The notes: generated by a model from the letters alone, not told the origin. A stretch of DNA of 62,004 nt from Candidatus Levybacteria bacterium RIFCSPHIGHO2_01_FULL_36_15 (GCA_001782015.1 MFNJ01000048.1:1-62004); one strand, 5' to 3'. Positions 19,625 through 29,465 are shown, numbered from the stretch's first letter. Numbers and translations: made by a program.

Positions 19625-20290
19625 ATGGCAGGCAAAAATATTATTTTAGTAATTATCCTATATTTTGTTTTATCTGTTTTTGTGGCTTCTAAAGCACTTG
19701 CGGTAACTATTCCAAGCTTTCCTTCATGTCTAAATATTCAAGGAGAACTTATTGTTTCTTACACAACAGGAACGCATGGAATACCGGGAGACAGCGCAAC
19801 TTATACCGGCAGTGATTCAGTATATAAATTAACAGAAGATACTCTTACCCAATGTTTTTGTTCAGTAAACGGAGATGGTATTCAGACAAACTGGTGGAAA
19901 GTTTCAAGTCTTTCCGACAACGAAATTACTGATCTTAAAAATCAAAATTGGATTTTTATATTAAATGGATCTTTGTGGGGGCTTGATGACGCACCTTACA
20001 TGGCCAAAAATTCAAATTTTTCCTGCCAAACCACAAGCCCAACTCCAACACCTACGTCAAGCAGCAGCTCAAGCTCTTCCGGCAGCAGTTCATCTAGTAG
20101 TAGCTCCAGTTCTTCCGGCAGCTCCGGCAGTGTACAAGCAGCTTCAACAGGCTCTGTTGGACAAGTTCTTGGACTGGCAACCACCGGAAATATTCTAACC
20201 ATATACACTCTTCTTATTGTAGGCATTACATTTATCTTACTTGGAATTATGCTTGCAAGAAAAGAAAGGGGAATATATGGACGAAGATGA
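19625..20290 (+). CDS. secreted Ser-rich surface protein with an LPxTG-like sorting signal (LATTG)
   Basis: Signal peptide, Cys-containing domain, PT/Ser linker, then GQVLGLATTG, a TM helix and a basic tail. Confidence 0.75.
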   Translation: MAGKNIILVIILYFVLSVFVASKALAVTIPSFPSCLNIQGELIVSYTTGTHGIPGDSATYTGSDSVYKLTEDTLTQCFCSVNGDGIQTNWWKVSSLSDNEITDLKNQNWIFILNGSLWGLDDAPYMAKNSNFSCQTTSPTPTPTSSSSSSSSGSSSSSSSSSSSGSSGSVQAASTGSVGQVLGLATTGNILTIYTLLIVGITFILLGIMLARKERGIYGRR

Positions 20291-20829
20291 GGAATTTTGT
20301 TTCTAAACTTTTTGTAATCACGGGCTTTATATTTATTCTATCAAGTTTATATTTAGTCTGGCAAAGAAATAACCCCGACAGACTTAGTTTTGATATCAAA
20401 CCTGACACCTTTAAAGAAACAATATACAAAAAAACAGACATAAACCCGGTACAAATAGTAATTCAAGATGTAAATATTAACCTGCCTTTGTACCCTTCAA
20501 TCATTGATGGCAAAAACTGGGAAACAACCACAAAAGGAGCATCATATCTTACCTCATCTCCAATGCCGGGAGAGGAGGGCAATAGCATTATATACGCCCA
20601 TAATTGGAATAACCTCTTTGGAAAAATTGTTCTGGCAAAACCAGGTGGAAAAGTGAAGATAGCATTCAGTGATAATTCAACCAAAACATTTACTATTAAA
20701 TATACCGCTACAGTTACGCCTGATGAAACACATATTTTGAACAAATCAAATGACAAAAGAATCACTCTTTATACCTGCACGGGTATTTTCGACCAGAAAA
20801 GATTTGTAGCGGTGGCAGTTTTGGATTAA
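20287..20829 (+). CDS. sortase
   Basis: N-terminal TM, catalytic His (IYAHN), TLYTC and a downstream Arg. Confidence 0.88.
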   Translation: MRNFVSKLFVITGFIFILSSLYLVWQRNNPDRLSFDIKPDTFKETIYKKTDINPVQIVIQDVNINLPLYPSIIDGKNWETTTKGASYLTSSPMPGEEGNSIIYAHNWNNLFGKIVLAKPGGKVKIAFSDNSTKTFTIKYTATVTPDETHILNKSNDKRITLYTCTGIFDQKRFVAVAVLD

Positions 20830-20856
20830 TCACACATGCAATAAAAGCTGGAGATT

Positions 20857-21900
20857 TTATAAAAGCTTTTGCTGCTTGTCAATAGTTTCATTATATTCAA
20901 TGCCAAGATGATCATATGCCGCTCTTGTGGCAGTTCTTCCCCGCGGAGTACGTTTAATATACCCAATTTGCATTAAATACGGCTCAACTACCTCTTCTAT
21001 AGTTCCAATGTCTTCTGATATGGAAGAAGCAATCGTTTCAATACCTACCGGGCCGCCTGAATGCATGTGAATTATTGCCCTTAAAAATCTTATATCAGCG
21101 CTGTCAAGCCCCATGTTATCAATTTCAAGCATTTTTAAGGCTTTATGAGTAAGAGCCGCTGATATTTCGCCTTTACCCTTGACCTGTGCAAAATCACGCG
21201 CTCTTTTTAATAATTTTAAAGCAATTCGAGGTGTTCCTCTTGCGCGCATTGATATTTCCCCAATGCTTTCCTGGTCTATTTTAACTTTTAATTTTTCTGA
21301 AGCTTTTATTATTACTGTTTCCAGTTCTTTGGGAGAATAAAACTGCAGCCTGTGAACAACCCCAAATCTGTCCCGCAACGGCGCAGAGAGTAAACCGATC
21401 CTGGTAGTTGCTCCGATAATAGTAAACTGGGGCAATTCAAGCCTTAGTGTTCTTGCTGAAGGCCCTTTACCAATCACTATATCCAGACAATAATCTTCCA
21501 TTGCCGGATACAGGGTCTCCTCAACAACTTTATTAAGTCTATGTATTTCATCAATAAAAAGAACGTCTCCTTTTTCAAGATTTGTTAATATTGAAGCCAG
21601 ATCCCCAGCTCTTTCAATAGCAGGTCCTGATGTTACTCTGATATTTGACCCCATTTCACGGGCAATAAGATGGGATAAAGTAGTTTTTCCAAGGCCGGGA
21701 GGACCGTAAAGCAAAATATGTTCTATTGATTCCTTTCTTTTTTTTGCTGCTGAAATCGCAATTTGAAGAGATTCCTTAACATTATTCTGACCAAAGAATT
21801 CATCCCAGCTTCTTGCCCGCAGTGAAGTAAATAAAACCTCTTCTTCCGGATTTTCTGGCCCCAAATTTTTTATTGACGGATTTGCCTTTTTATCGTCCAT
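20857..21900 (-). CDS. ruvB: Holliday junction branch migration helicase RuvB
   Basis: [26 protein letters not shown]. Confidence 0.98.
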   Translation of the reverse strand: MDDKKANPSIKNLGPENPEEEVLFTSLRARSWDEFFGQNNVKESLQIAISAAKKRKESIEHILLYGPPGLGKTTLSHLIAREMGSNIRVTSGPAIERAGDLASILTNLEKGDVLFIDEIHRLNKVVEETLYPAMEDYCLDIVIGKGPSARTLRLELPQFTIIGATTRIGLLSAPLRDRFGVVHRLQFYSPKELETVIIKASEKLKVKIDQESIGEISMRARGTPRIALKLLKRARDFAQVKGKGEISAALTHKALKMLEIDNMGLDSADIRFLRAIIHMHSGGPVGIETIASSISEDIGTIEEVVEPYLMQIGYIKRTPRGRTATRAAYDHLGIEYNETIDKQQKLL

Positions 21901-21902
21901 AA

Positions 21903-22478
21903 TTATTTCCCCAAATATTTAAGCGCAAGCCTTATTTTTTCCTCAACCGGAATACTGTTGTCTTTTATAGACTTTGTTGCCTGCTGAATTTCGCGGGCGG
22001 AGAATCCTATACTTTTAAGCGCTTTTATTACGTCTTCATTTGAATCTTTCTCTAAGCTGTTAATATCTATATCGTGCTTGTCTGCTATTTTACTCCTCAA
22101 CTCAATAATGATTTTTTGGGCATTCTTTTTTCCAAGTCTTGGAACGGTTGTAAAAAAGTCAACATCGCCTGAAACTATTGCCTGCATTATCTGTTCTTTA
22201 TTTCCAAATGAAAATATATTTATAGCGGTTTTTGGACCAACACCGGATACGCTTATCAGCTTTTCAAAAAGCTTTAAATCTTCAAAATGCAGAAAACCGA
22301 ACAGCTCCATCACATCTTCCCGGACATGCGTGTAGGTGTATATCAAAGATTGGGAATCGGCACTGGTCTTTGACAACACCTCAGCTGTTGCGTGTACTTT
22401 ATATCCCACACCATTAACGTCTATATAAATAGATTGTCCATCTTTTAAAGTAATTATCCCTTTTAAAAAACCTATCAT
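21903..22478 (-). CDS. ruvA: Holliday junction binding protein RuvA
   Basis: DVNGVGY, HVRED, VSGVGPK; operon context. Confidence 0.96.
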   Translation of the reverse strand: MIGFLKGIITLKDGQSIYIDVNGVGYKVHATAEVLSKTSADSQSLIYTYTHVREDVMELFGFLHFEDLKLFEKLISVSGVGPKTAINIFSFGNKEQIMQAIVSGDVDFFTTVPRLGKKNAQKIIIELRSKIADKHDIDINSLEKDSNEDVIKALKSIGFSAREIQQATKSIKDNSIPVEEKIRLALKYLGK

Positions 22479-22481
22479 AAT

Positions 22482-22973
22482 TTAAATATTCCTGATTGAC
22501 CGGGACTTATTTGAGAATGCGTGCGTTAAGGCAATAGCCAAAGCATCAGCCGTATCATCAGGTTTTGGAATATTATCCAATTTTAATATAGTTTTGGTCA
22601 TTTGTCCTATTTGTCTTTTTTCCGCCCTGCCGTAACCCGTTATGGCAATTTTTACCTGCAAGGGGGTATAAATTGAAACTGGAATATTTTTTTTAGCACC
22701 TGCCAAAAGCATTACTCCCCGCGCCTGTCCCACAACAAAAGCGGTTTTTGAGTTTGTATTGAAAAAAAGTTCTTCTATTACCAAAGCATCAGGTTTATAT
22801 TTCTCAAGCAATTCTGAAATTTCAGAATAGACTACCAGTAATCTTTCTGAAATATTCTTGTCAGGAGTTGTTTCAACACAACCATAAGCAACAACACTTA
22901 TTTTTCCCTTAACTTCTTCTATCACTCCCCAGCCAGTACGGGCAATTCCGGGATCTATACCAAAAATCTTCAT
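22482..22973 (-). CDS. ruvC: crossover junction endodeoxyribonuclease RuvC
   Basis: GIDPG, EELFF, GQARG, PDDTADALAIA. Confidence 0.97.
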   Translation of the reverse strand: MKIFGIDPGIARTGWGVIEEVKGKISVVAYGCVETTPDKNISERLLVVYSEISELLEKYKPDALVIEELFFNTNSKTAFVVGQARGVMLLAGAKKNIPVSIYTPLQVKIAITGYGRAEKRQIGQMTKTILKLDNIPKPDDTADALAIALTHAFSNKSRSIRNI

Positions 22974-23061
22974 ATTCTAACGATCAATTATATCACCAAA
23001 AACGAAGATTAAAAATGAAGCTCATTGACAAGCTTATAGTATATATACTATACTCATCTTT

Positions 23062-24279
23062 ATGTCAACAACAGAAACTACTGTAAGAAGAGAAGAATTA
23101 TACAAAGCGGAGCCGCATGGAGCTGTATTAACAGAAGCTGAATTTTTAGCAGATTTTGCGCATGAAGCAAAAAAAGTAAGAAAAGGTGAAGTTTTTTCCC
23201 AAGCAATGGTATTTTTTCCTGATGAAAAAGGAGAAGCTGTTGCTGAGGCTTTAAAAGGCGCTTCAATAGAAGCAAAGAGAACATTAGTAATTGACGCGTA
23301 TTCATATCTTGCTATGGACAACAGAGTCAGCGCGCTTGCCGCTTTAAATCCCTTTGACATTGGTAGCTTAATTAAAAGAATGAAGAAATATAACAAAATA
23401 GTACAAGATCTTAGAGATTCCGGCGTAACCGTTGATGAAATAAATAAACCGCACGGAATAAAAGCTCCTGTTAAAATCTTTTTCCCCTTTGTTGGAACAA
23501 ATCATACTAAGGGAACATATGTGTTTAATAAAGAAAAACATGAAGCATCTGCAAGTTGCAAAAAACCGGATAACAGCACAACTTTCTATCTCTCAACAGC
23601 AAACCATGAAGATGAACCGCGAATGAATATGGTTATTAAATACAGCGGCCCGCTTGCTCTTGCATTAAAAGAAGAGTATGAGGCAATGCACAAAAATCCA
23701 CCAAAAGAAGATTATTCAAAACAGCTTTCTTCAGACACATGGTTATTTGTTGACAGCGGTATTCCTGGAAAATCAATCATTCTAAGGAAAGCAGATGAAC
23801 TTGTAGCCGGAGCGCAAAAAAGTGTTCAAGCCGCAACATTACTTTATCCGGACGGCAAATTCGCAAATTCTCTTCAGGGTAAATATAATCAATGGAAAGA
23901 AGAAGAAATGCAAAGTAAAGAATTTGATGTTGTTACTTCGCAATTTTATCCGGATTTCCCTTTGTTAACTGTTGAAGGAACATTTTACTTGGTGGATAAA
24001 CGGGCTCGCCTTCAAGCAAAAAAAAATCATTTTACCTTTCCTGTACTTGCTGATAATACCAGATGGAGCCACTCTAAGTGTTTAATTACTGATAATAAAT
24101 GGCTTTTTATTGGCTCACATAATTACGCATCTTCCGGAGTAAAAGCAGGAACACGGGAGTGGCAGATTCTGACCTCAAATCCTGAGATAGTACAAGCAGC
24201 ACAGAGAATGTTCAGAGATTATAAAGCACAAGTTTTGGCAACTGCTGTTAGCACCTCAAAAGAAAGCCAATTGCTGTAA
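23062..24279 (+). CDS. phospholipase D superfamily protein
   Basis: Canonical C-terminal HSKCLITD...GSHN motif and a degenerate N-terminal HTK motif. Confidence 0.75.
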   Translation: MSTTETTVRREELYKAEPHGAVLTEAEFLADFAHEAKKVRKGEVFSQAMVFFPDEKGEAVAEALKGASIEAKRTLVIDAYSYLAMDNRVSALAALNPFDIGSLIKRMKKYNKIVQDLRDSGVTVDEINKPHGIKAPVKIFFPFVGTNHTKGTYVFNKEKHEASASCKKPDNSTTFYLSTANHEDEPRMNMVIKYSGPLALALKEEYEAMHKNPPKEDYSKQLSSDTWLFVDSGIPGKSIILRKADELVAGAQKSVQAATLLYPDGKFANSLQGKYNQWKEEEMQSKEFDVVTSQFYPDFPLLTVEGTFYLVDKRARLQAKKNHFTFPVLADNTRWSHSKCLITDNKWLFIGSHNYASSGVKAGTREWQILTSNPEIVQAAQRMFRDYKAQVLATAVSTSKESQLL

Positions 24280-24293
24280 AATCTTTCTATTAG

Positions 24294-24366
24294 TGGACCC
24301 AAGGGGACTTGAACCCCTAACCTCTTCCATGCCATGGAAGCGCTCTACCAATTAAGCTATGGGCCC
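24294..24366 (-). tRNA. tRNA-Ala(GGC)
   Basis: GGGCCCATAGCTTAATTGGTAGAGCGCTTCCAT-GGC-ATGGAAGAGGTTAGGGGTTCAAGTCCCCTTGGGTCCA with a G3:U70 pair. Confidence 0.96.
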
Positions 24367-24369
24367 AAT

Positions 24370-24468
24370 TTTATTGCTATGGTTTTTTGCCCCTGCCGGC
24401 AGAAAAACCATCCCAAGTTGTACTCTTTTAACCTTTCAAAGAGTAAAAAGGTTGTAGCCCAAAACAAA
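24370..24468 (-). ncRNA. structured leader RNA upstream of tRNA-Ala (H-type pseudoknot plus hairpin)
   Basis: Interlocking 7-bp and 8-bp stems at 24421-24453, a long hairpin at 24379-24411, and an extended -10 TGTTAGAAT at 24473-24481. Confidence 0.5.
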
Positions 24469-24517
24469 CTTGATTCTAACAGAAAAATATTAAAATATAT
24501 ACTATCATTTTAGATGA

Positions 24518-24662
24518 AAACTCGAAATTTTAAATTCGAAGCACGAAACAAATTCTAATATCTAAAATTAAAATGACAAAATAATTAAGTAGCTATTGTT
24601 TTAAATTTAAGTAATTATAATTTTGATATTGTTTCGAATTTCGATATTTGTATTTCGAATTT
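24518..24662. repeat. imperfect inverted repeat built from ~7-nt TCGAAA-type units
   Basis: The left arm AAACTCGAAATTTTAAATTCGAAGCACGAAACAAATTC matches the reverse complement of the right arm over ~40 bp. Confidence 0.7.
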
Positions 24663-24690
24663 TATTAGAATGGTGGTAAAATATAGGCAA

Positions 24691-25899
24691 ATGGAAAACG
24701 TACCTCTTGCAGAAAAATTAAGGCCTAAAAAATTAGAAGAATTCATAGGCCAGGAACATCTGGTCGGTAAAGGAAAACCGGTAAGACGGATGCTTGAAAC
24801 CGGAAATATAACTTCTATGATTTTATGGGGTCCGCCCGGAAGCGGAAAAACAACTCTTGCGTCTTTGATTGCTTCTTACACAAATGCCAACTTTGTATTT
24901 TTTTCCGCAGTAACAAGCGGAGTAGAGGAAGTTAGAAAAGTTATAAAGCGCGCACAGGAAGACAAAAAAATGTACGGTAAGACAACTATTCTGTTTATTG
25001 ATGAAATCCACAGGTTTAATAAGGCACAGCAGGACGCGTTTCTGCCGTATGTTGAAAATGGAACGATTGTTTTAATTGGCGCAACCACGGAAAATCCGGG
25101 CTTCAGAGTCAACGCACCGCTTATTTCAAGAAGCCAGGTTTATGCATTGTATTCTCTTTCGGAAGAAGATATTGAAAAAATTGTTAAAAGAGCAATTCTG
25201 CTTTACAAAAAGCACAAATGGAGCACTGATGCTCTTAAGCACATTATTAAATATGCCAATGGGGATGGCCGGGTGGCAATAAACGCCGTTGAACTTGCGG
25301 CTTCGATAAATAAAAAAATTGACTTAAAAACTGCGGAAGAGGCAGTCCAAAGAAAAGCGGTTTTTTATGACAAAAAAGGGGATTGGCATTATGATACAAT
25401 CTCCGCCTTTATCAAGTCCATGAGAGGAAGCAATCCCGATGCAACACTTCATTATCTGGCCCGAATGATAAAAAGCGGAGAAGACCCTATATTTATCGCA
25501 AGACGCATGGTTATTTTTGCGTCTGAGGATATAGGCAACGCTCAACCTACCGCGCTTGTGCTGGCAACTTCCTGCATGCAGGCAGTTCACATGATAGGAA
25601 TGCCTGAAGCAACGCTTATTCTTGCCCAGACTGCCGCGTATCTTGCGACTGCCAGAAAATCTATTGCTTCAACTGTTGGGATTTCCGAAGCCCTTTCTGA
25701 TATCGATGAAGAAAATCTTGATCCCATACCGCTCCATCTCAGAAACGCCGCAAACAAAGTGATGAAGCAATTTGGTTACGGAAAAGGACACGTTCGATAC
25801 CCATGGCTTGTTGAAAAACAAACAGAAGAAAAAATAGAGCAGGAATACATGCCAGAAAATTTACGTGGGAAAAAATACTACAGACCGGACTGGAAGTAA
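24691..25899 (+). CDS. rarA: replication-associated recombination protein A (MgsA/RarA)
   Basis: PLAEKLRP, WGPPGSGKT, DEIHRFNKAQQD, ISAFIKSMRGS, ASEDIGNA. Confidence 0.95.
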   Translation: MENVPLAEKLRPKKLEEFIGQEHLVGKGKPVRRMLETGNITSMILWGPPGSGKTTLASLIASYTNANFVFFSAVTSGVEEVRKVIKRAQEDKKMYGKTTILFIDEIHRFNKAQQDAFLPYVENGTIVLIGATTENPGFRVNAPLISRSQVYALYSLSEEDIEKIVKRAILLYKKHKWSTDALKHIIKYANGDGRVAINAVELAASINKKIDLKTAEEAVQRKAVFYDKKGDWHYDTISAFIKSMRGSNPDATLHYLARMIKSGEDPIFIARRMVIFASEDIGNAQPTALVLATSCMQAVHMIGMPEATLILAQTAAYLATARKSIASTVGISEALSDIDEENLDPIPLHLRNAANKVMKQFGYGKGHVRYPWLVEKQTEEKIEQEYMPENLRGKKYYRPDWK

Positions 25900-25940
25900 T
25901 AATTTAGTTTTATTGCTTGAAATCTTAAATTGCACTTTCG

Positions 25941-26024
25941 TACCGGGAAAGGGAGTCGAACCCTTATGACTTATGCAGCCACAGGATTTTAAGTCCTGCG
26001 TGTATACCATTCCACCACCCCGGC
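25941..26024 (-). tRNA. tRNA-Leu(UAA)
   Basis: GCCGGGGTGGTGGAATGGTATACACGCAGGACT-TAA-AATCCTG, a long variable arm and TTCGACT. Confidence 0.95.
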
Positions 26025-26096
26025 AGATAAACTTGAATTCGATACTCAAAGGTACTTACTACACCCAACCTATTTTAACTTAATATAATATTCGAA

Positions 26097-27062
26097 TCAA
26101 GAATGAGGCGGGGGTTCAACACCAAGAGTTTTCAGCGAATAATCAAGCAAATCTTTCATTTCCATTATTCTGTTTGTACTGTTTAACAAAATGGCTATGA
26201 TTTTATGCCCGTCATATTCCAAGTACGTCACAAGACAAAGCCCTGCTTCATCCGTGTATCCCGTCTTAACACCTTTAACACCCGGATAGGTTGTAAGCAA
26301 ATTTGTTTCATTAAAAAGATATATTTGCTTATGTTGTTCAGTATACGGAATTTCATAATCCACCGTGGAAACTATTTTTGCAAAGTTACCGTTATTCAAA
26401 CCGTAACGGGTAATCACCAGTAAATCAAAAACAGAGCTGTATTGTTTTCCATCGCCTTCAAGACCGGTTGGATTTGTGAAGTGCGTATCAGAAAGTCCCA
26501 GGTCTTCGGCTTTTTTATTCATAAGATAAATAAAATTACTCCTTCCGGACGGCATACTTTCCGCTATAGCCTCCGCGGCATCATTTCCCGAATGCAGAAT
26601 TAAGCCATACATCAAGTCTTCCAAAGAATATTCTTCACCCTTTGTCAGACCCATTGAATCCTCTCCAATACCGGCAGCGCTTTTACTAATTTTTATCTTT
26701 TGATAAAAATCTTCATTTTCAAGAGCGATTACTGCCGTCATTATTTTTGTGAGCGAAGCAATAGGGTAGCGTGACTTTATGTTTTTGTCATACAGCATTC
26801 TTTCAGAAGTTAAATCATAAGAAATTACCGATAGTGCGCTTATTTCCGGCTTCTTAATCCCCTTATCATAGATTTTATCTACTTTTGGCAACCAAAAGCT
26901 GTTTTGTGCTTGAGCTGATAAAACTTTTTGCTCGAACAGCTCAACCGGAGAAATAATAACAGGATTTTTTTCGGGTTTTATAAAAACAAGTGCAATAAGT
27001 AAATAAAAAGAGCAAAAAATCAAAAAAAAGAAACTTGTAAAAAAAATCTTGGACAGTTTCAT
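26097..27062 (-). CDS. D-alanyl-D-alanine carboxypeptidase (peptidase S11)
   Basis: ASLTK, SGN and KTG motifs with an N-terminal TM. Confidence 0.92.
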   Translation of the reverse strand: MKLSKIFFTSFFFLIFCSFYLLIALVFIKPEKNPVIISPVELFEQKVLSAQAQNSFWLPKVDKIYDKGIKKPEISALSVISYDLTSERMLYDKNIKSRYPIASLTKIMTAVIALENEDFYQKIKISKSAAGIGEDSMGLTKGEEYSLEDLMYGLILHSGNDAAEAIAESMPSGRSNFIYLMNKKAEDLGLSDTHFTNPTGLEGDGKQYSSVFDLLVITRYGLNNGNFAKIVSTVDYEIPYTEQHKQIYLFNETNLLTTYPGVKGVKTGYTDEAGLCLVTYLEYDGHKIIAILLNSTNRIMEMKDLLDYSLKTLGVEPPPHS

Positions 27063-27073
27063 TCTGATAAGTT

Positions 27074-27781
27074 TTACCGAAGAGTTATTTTTACAAAACC
27101 TTCAGCGTATTTCACACCGTTTTTTTTACCCAGTTCCATTGCTCTTTCTGTTGTTATTTTCACATGCTCATCTTTAATCTGACTTTTATGAGCAGTGAGA
27201 GCTTTAATTTTTATATCAAAGGAAGGAGTAATATCAACAATTTCATTGTAATTGTCAAAATTTACAAAGTATAAATATTTTACCTTATGAGGACTAAGTC
27301 CTTCAACTTCTTGCTCCGGAAATGTCAGCCTGTCGCGCGCAAGTGGAAAAACCGCGTCCATAGCAGCAATCCCTACCGCCCTATGATCTGTATGATTAAC
27401 AGAATTTCGTGAAATTGAATAAACCATAGTTGGATCCAAAGTTACCACTGTATCAGGCTTGAGCATTCTTATATAGCGCACAATATCTCTTTTAACATCA
27501 AGGTTTGGAACAAGTTCAGTATCCGGATAATCAAGAAAAAAAACATTCTTAAGTCCTAAAATTTTCCCTGCATCTATTTGTTCCTTCTGCCTTATTCTAA
27601 TTAACTTTTCAGGAGTAATATTTGGATCACCGGACCCCTTAGAACCGTCCGCGCAAATTAAATAATAACATTCAGCGCCCGTCTGAGCCCACTTGGCAAA
27701 AGTGCCTGAAGCTCCAAATTCAAGATCATCCGGATGAGCAGCCACCCCTAAAATTACTCTTTTTTTATCTTTGTTTTCCAT
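27074..27781 (-). CDS. PIG-L family deacetylase
   Basis: AHPDD, HTDH, HKSQ. Confidence 0.9.
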   Translation of the reverse strand: MENKDKKRVILGVAAHPDDLEFGASGTFAKWAQTGAECYYLICADGSKGSGDPNITPEKLIRIRQKEQIDAGKILGLKNVFFLDYPDTELVPNLDVKRDIVRYIRMLKPDTVVTLDPTMVYSISRNSVNHTDHRAVGIAAMDAVFPLARDRLTFPEQEVEGLSPHKVKYLYFVNFDNYNEIVDITPSFDIKIKALTAHKSQIKDEHVKITTERAMELGKKNGVKYAEGFVKITLR

Positions 27782-27849
27782 CTTGCACCTTTCCTCTCTA
27801 TTGACAAATTAAAACCTTATAATTATATTATACAAAGGCTAAATACTCT

Positions 27850-29145
27850 ATGAACACAAATAATGATATATTGTCTCAAACTAAAAATTCTATCTTAAAA
27901 CTATCCAACAAGTTTAACATAAGAAAAGATAAAATTGAAGCGTTCCTGCAACCAAACAGAGTTGTTGAAATAAATGTTCCCATAAGGACAAAAAACGGAA
28001 AATTAACAACCTTCAAAGGCTATAGAAGCCAGCACAATAATAACCTTGGACCATATAAAGGAGGAATAAGATTCCATCAAAATGTAAGCAGGGAAGAAGT
28101 TGAAATGCTCTCTCTTTTAATGAGCCTTAAATGCGCCGTTATTAACCTTCCTTACGGCGGGGCAAAAGGAGGAATGATAGTGGATCCAAAAACTTTATCC
28201 CAAAAAGAATTGGAAAACTTGTCCCGTGGATACGTAAAAAAAATTTATGATGTGATTGGTCCGGAAAAAGACATTCCAGCGCCGGATGTAAATACCAACC
28301 CAACAATCATAAATTGGATGGTGGACGAATACGTAAAATTAAGCAGTAAAAAGAATATTTCCGAAAATGTCCTTTACGCGGCATTCACCGGAAAGCCAAA
28401 GGAAAAATACGGCCTTGAAGGACGAACTGAAGCAACAGGGTGGGGAGGAATAATTGTACTTTGCGAACTTGTAAAAAAACTGGGCTTAAAAAATAAAGAT
28501 TTAACTATTGCTGTTCAGGGTTTTGGCAATGTTGGATATCATTTTTCTCTTTTTGCAAGCCAAAAAGGGTTTAAAGTAGTTGCTGTTTCAGATTCAAAAG
28601 GCGGAATCACAAACAAAAATTTAAGCACCCTTCTTTCACTTGATATTCCGCTGGTCAGAACTTGCAAAAAAAAGAAAGGTTTTATTGCGGGCTGTTACTG
28701 CGTAGGGGGCGTTTGCGATTTGACACGCGGAAGGCCGATTTCAAACGAGGATTTAATTGCTCTTCCTGTGGATATTCTTGTTCCGGCAGCCTTAGAAAAC
28801 GTGATTAATAAATCTAATATGCATAGAGTCAAGACAAAGATCATAATTGAAATGGCAAACGGCCCTGTGTCTTATGAAGCCTACGAATATCTCACAAAAA
28901 AGAAAGTAATTATTGTGCCTGATATACTTTCAAACGGAGGAGGAGTTGCTGGATCTTATCTTGAATGGAAACAAAACCTGGAAAATTCAAAATATGAAAA
29001 AGAATTTGTTTTAAAAGAGCTTGAGAGAATGATGCAAAAATCGTTTGAATACGTATGGAAAATCTCAAAAAATCAAAAACTCAATCTTAAAGAAGCCTGC
29101 TTATTTACAGCACTCAAGCGTATAATGAAATTTACCCCTAACTAG
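27850..29145 (+). CDS. gdhA: Glu/Leu/Phe/Val dehydrogenase (glutamate dehydrogenase)
   Basis: GPYKGGIRFH, GGAKGG, PAPDVNT, QGFGNVG, EMANGP. Confidence 0.9.
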   Translation: MNTNNDILSQTKNSILKLSNKFNIRKDKIEAFLQPNRVVEINVPIRTKNGKLTTFKGYRSQHNNNLGPYKGGIRFHQNVSREEVEMLSLLMSLKCAVINLPYGGAKGGMIVDPKTLSQKELENLSRGYVKKIYDVIGPEKDIPAPDVNTNPTIINWMVDEYVKLSSKKNISENVLYAAFTGKPKEKYGLEGRTEATGWGGIIVLCELVKKLGLKNKDLTIAVQGFGNVGYHFSLFASQKGFKVVAVSDSKGGITNKNLSTLLSLDIPLVRTCKKKKGFIAGCYCVGGVCDLTRGRPISNEDLIALPVDILVPAALENVINKSNMHRVKTKIIIEMANGPVSYEAYEYLTKKKVIIVPDILSNGGGVAGSYLEWKQNLENSKYEKEFVLKELERMMQKSFEYVWKISKNQKLNLKEACLFTALKRIMKFTPN

Positions 29146-29200
29146 CTTAAAGATTTATTGCGTTTTAAATCATTTATTTTTATAATTCACAAAAATTTAT

Positions 29201-29398
29201 TTATTTCTTTTTTAAAACAGGAAGACCTGTTCTTTCATTTTCTACCACCTTATAGCCCTCGGGCATTTTATCTATACTGTTTTGCCCCGCACTTCTTGAG
29301 AAATAATAAATTGTCTGTTTTTTACCTCCTCTTAAAGTAACCAGCTTGGAATTCAAATAGTATTTTGTACCTTTTTTATTAGTATGTTCATAAGCCAT
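29201..29398 (-). CDS. small basic hypothetical protein
   Basis: Strong SD (AAGGGAGGTGA); sequence MAYEHTNKKG...TGLPVLKKK. Confidence 0.8.
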   Translation of the reverse strand: MAYEHTNKKGTKYYLNSKLVTLRGGKKQTIYYFSRSAGQNSIDKMPEGYKVVENERTGLPVLKKK

Positions 29399-29465
29399 AA
29401 TGCTTCACCTCCCTTAAATATTTAATTTCATTATTCAAACCCATTGATAAAAATAGTATTAATTC

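Noticed and set aside
20035..20140. Tandem-repeat or CRISPR-like pattern
   Set aside because: It is the codon pattern of a poly-Ser linker. No repeat-spacer array or cas gene was seen anywhere in the window.
24370..24468. tmRNA piece (pseudoknot next to an Ala acceptor)
   Set aside because: There is no tag reading frame or tRNA-like domain, and the adjacent tRNA-Ala is a complete normal tRNA.
25861..26049. 62-aa ORF from the track
   Set aside because: It runs through tRNA-Leu and is a spurious frame.
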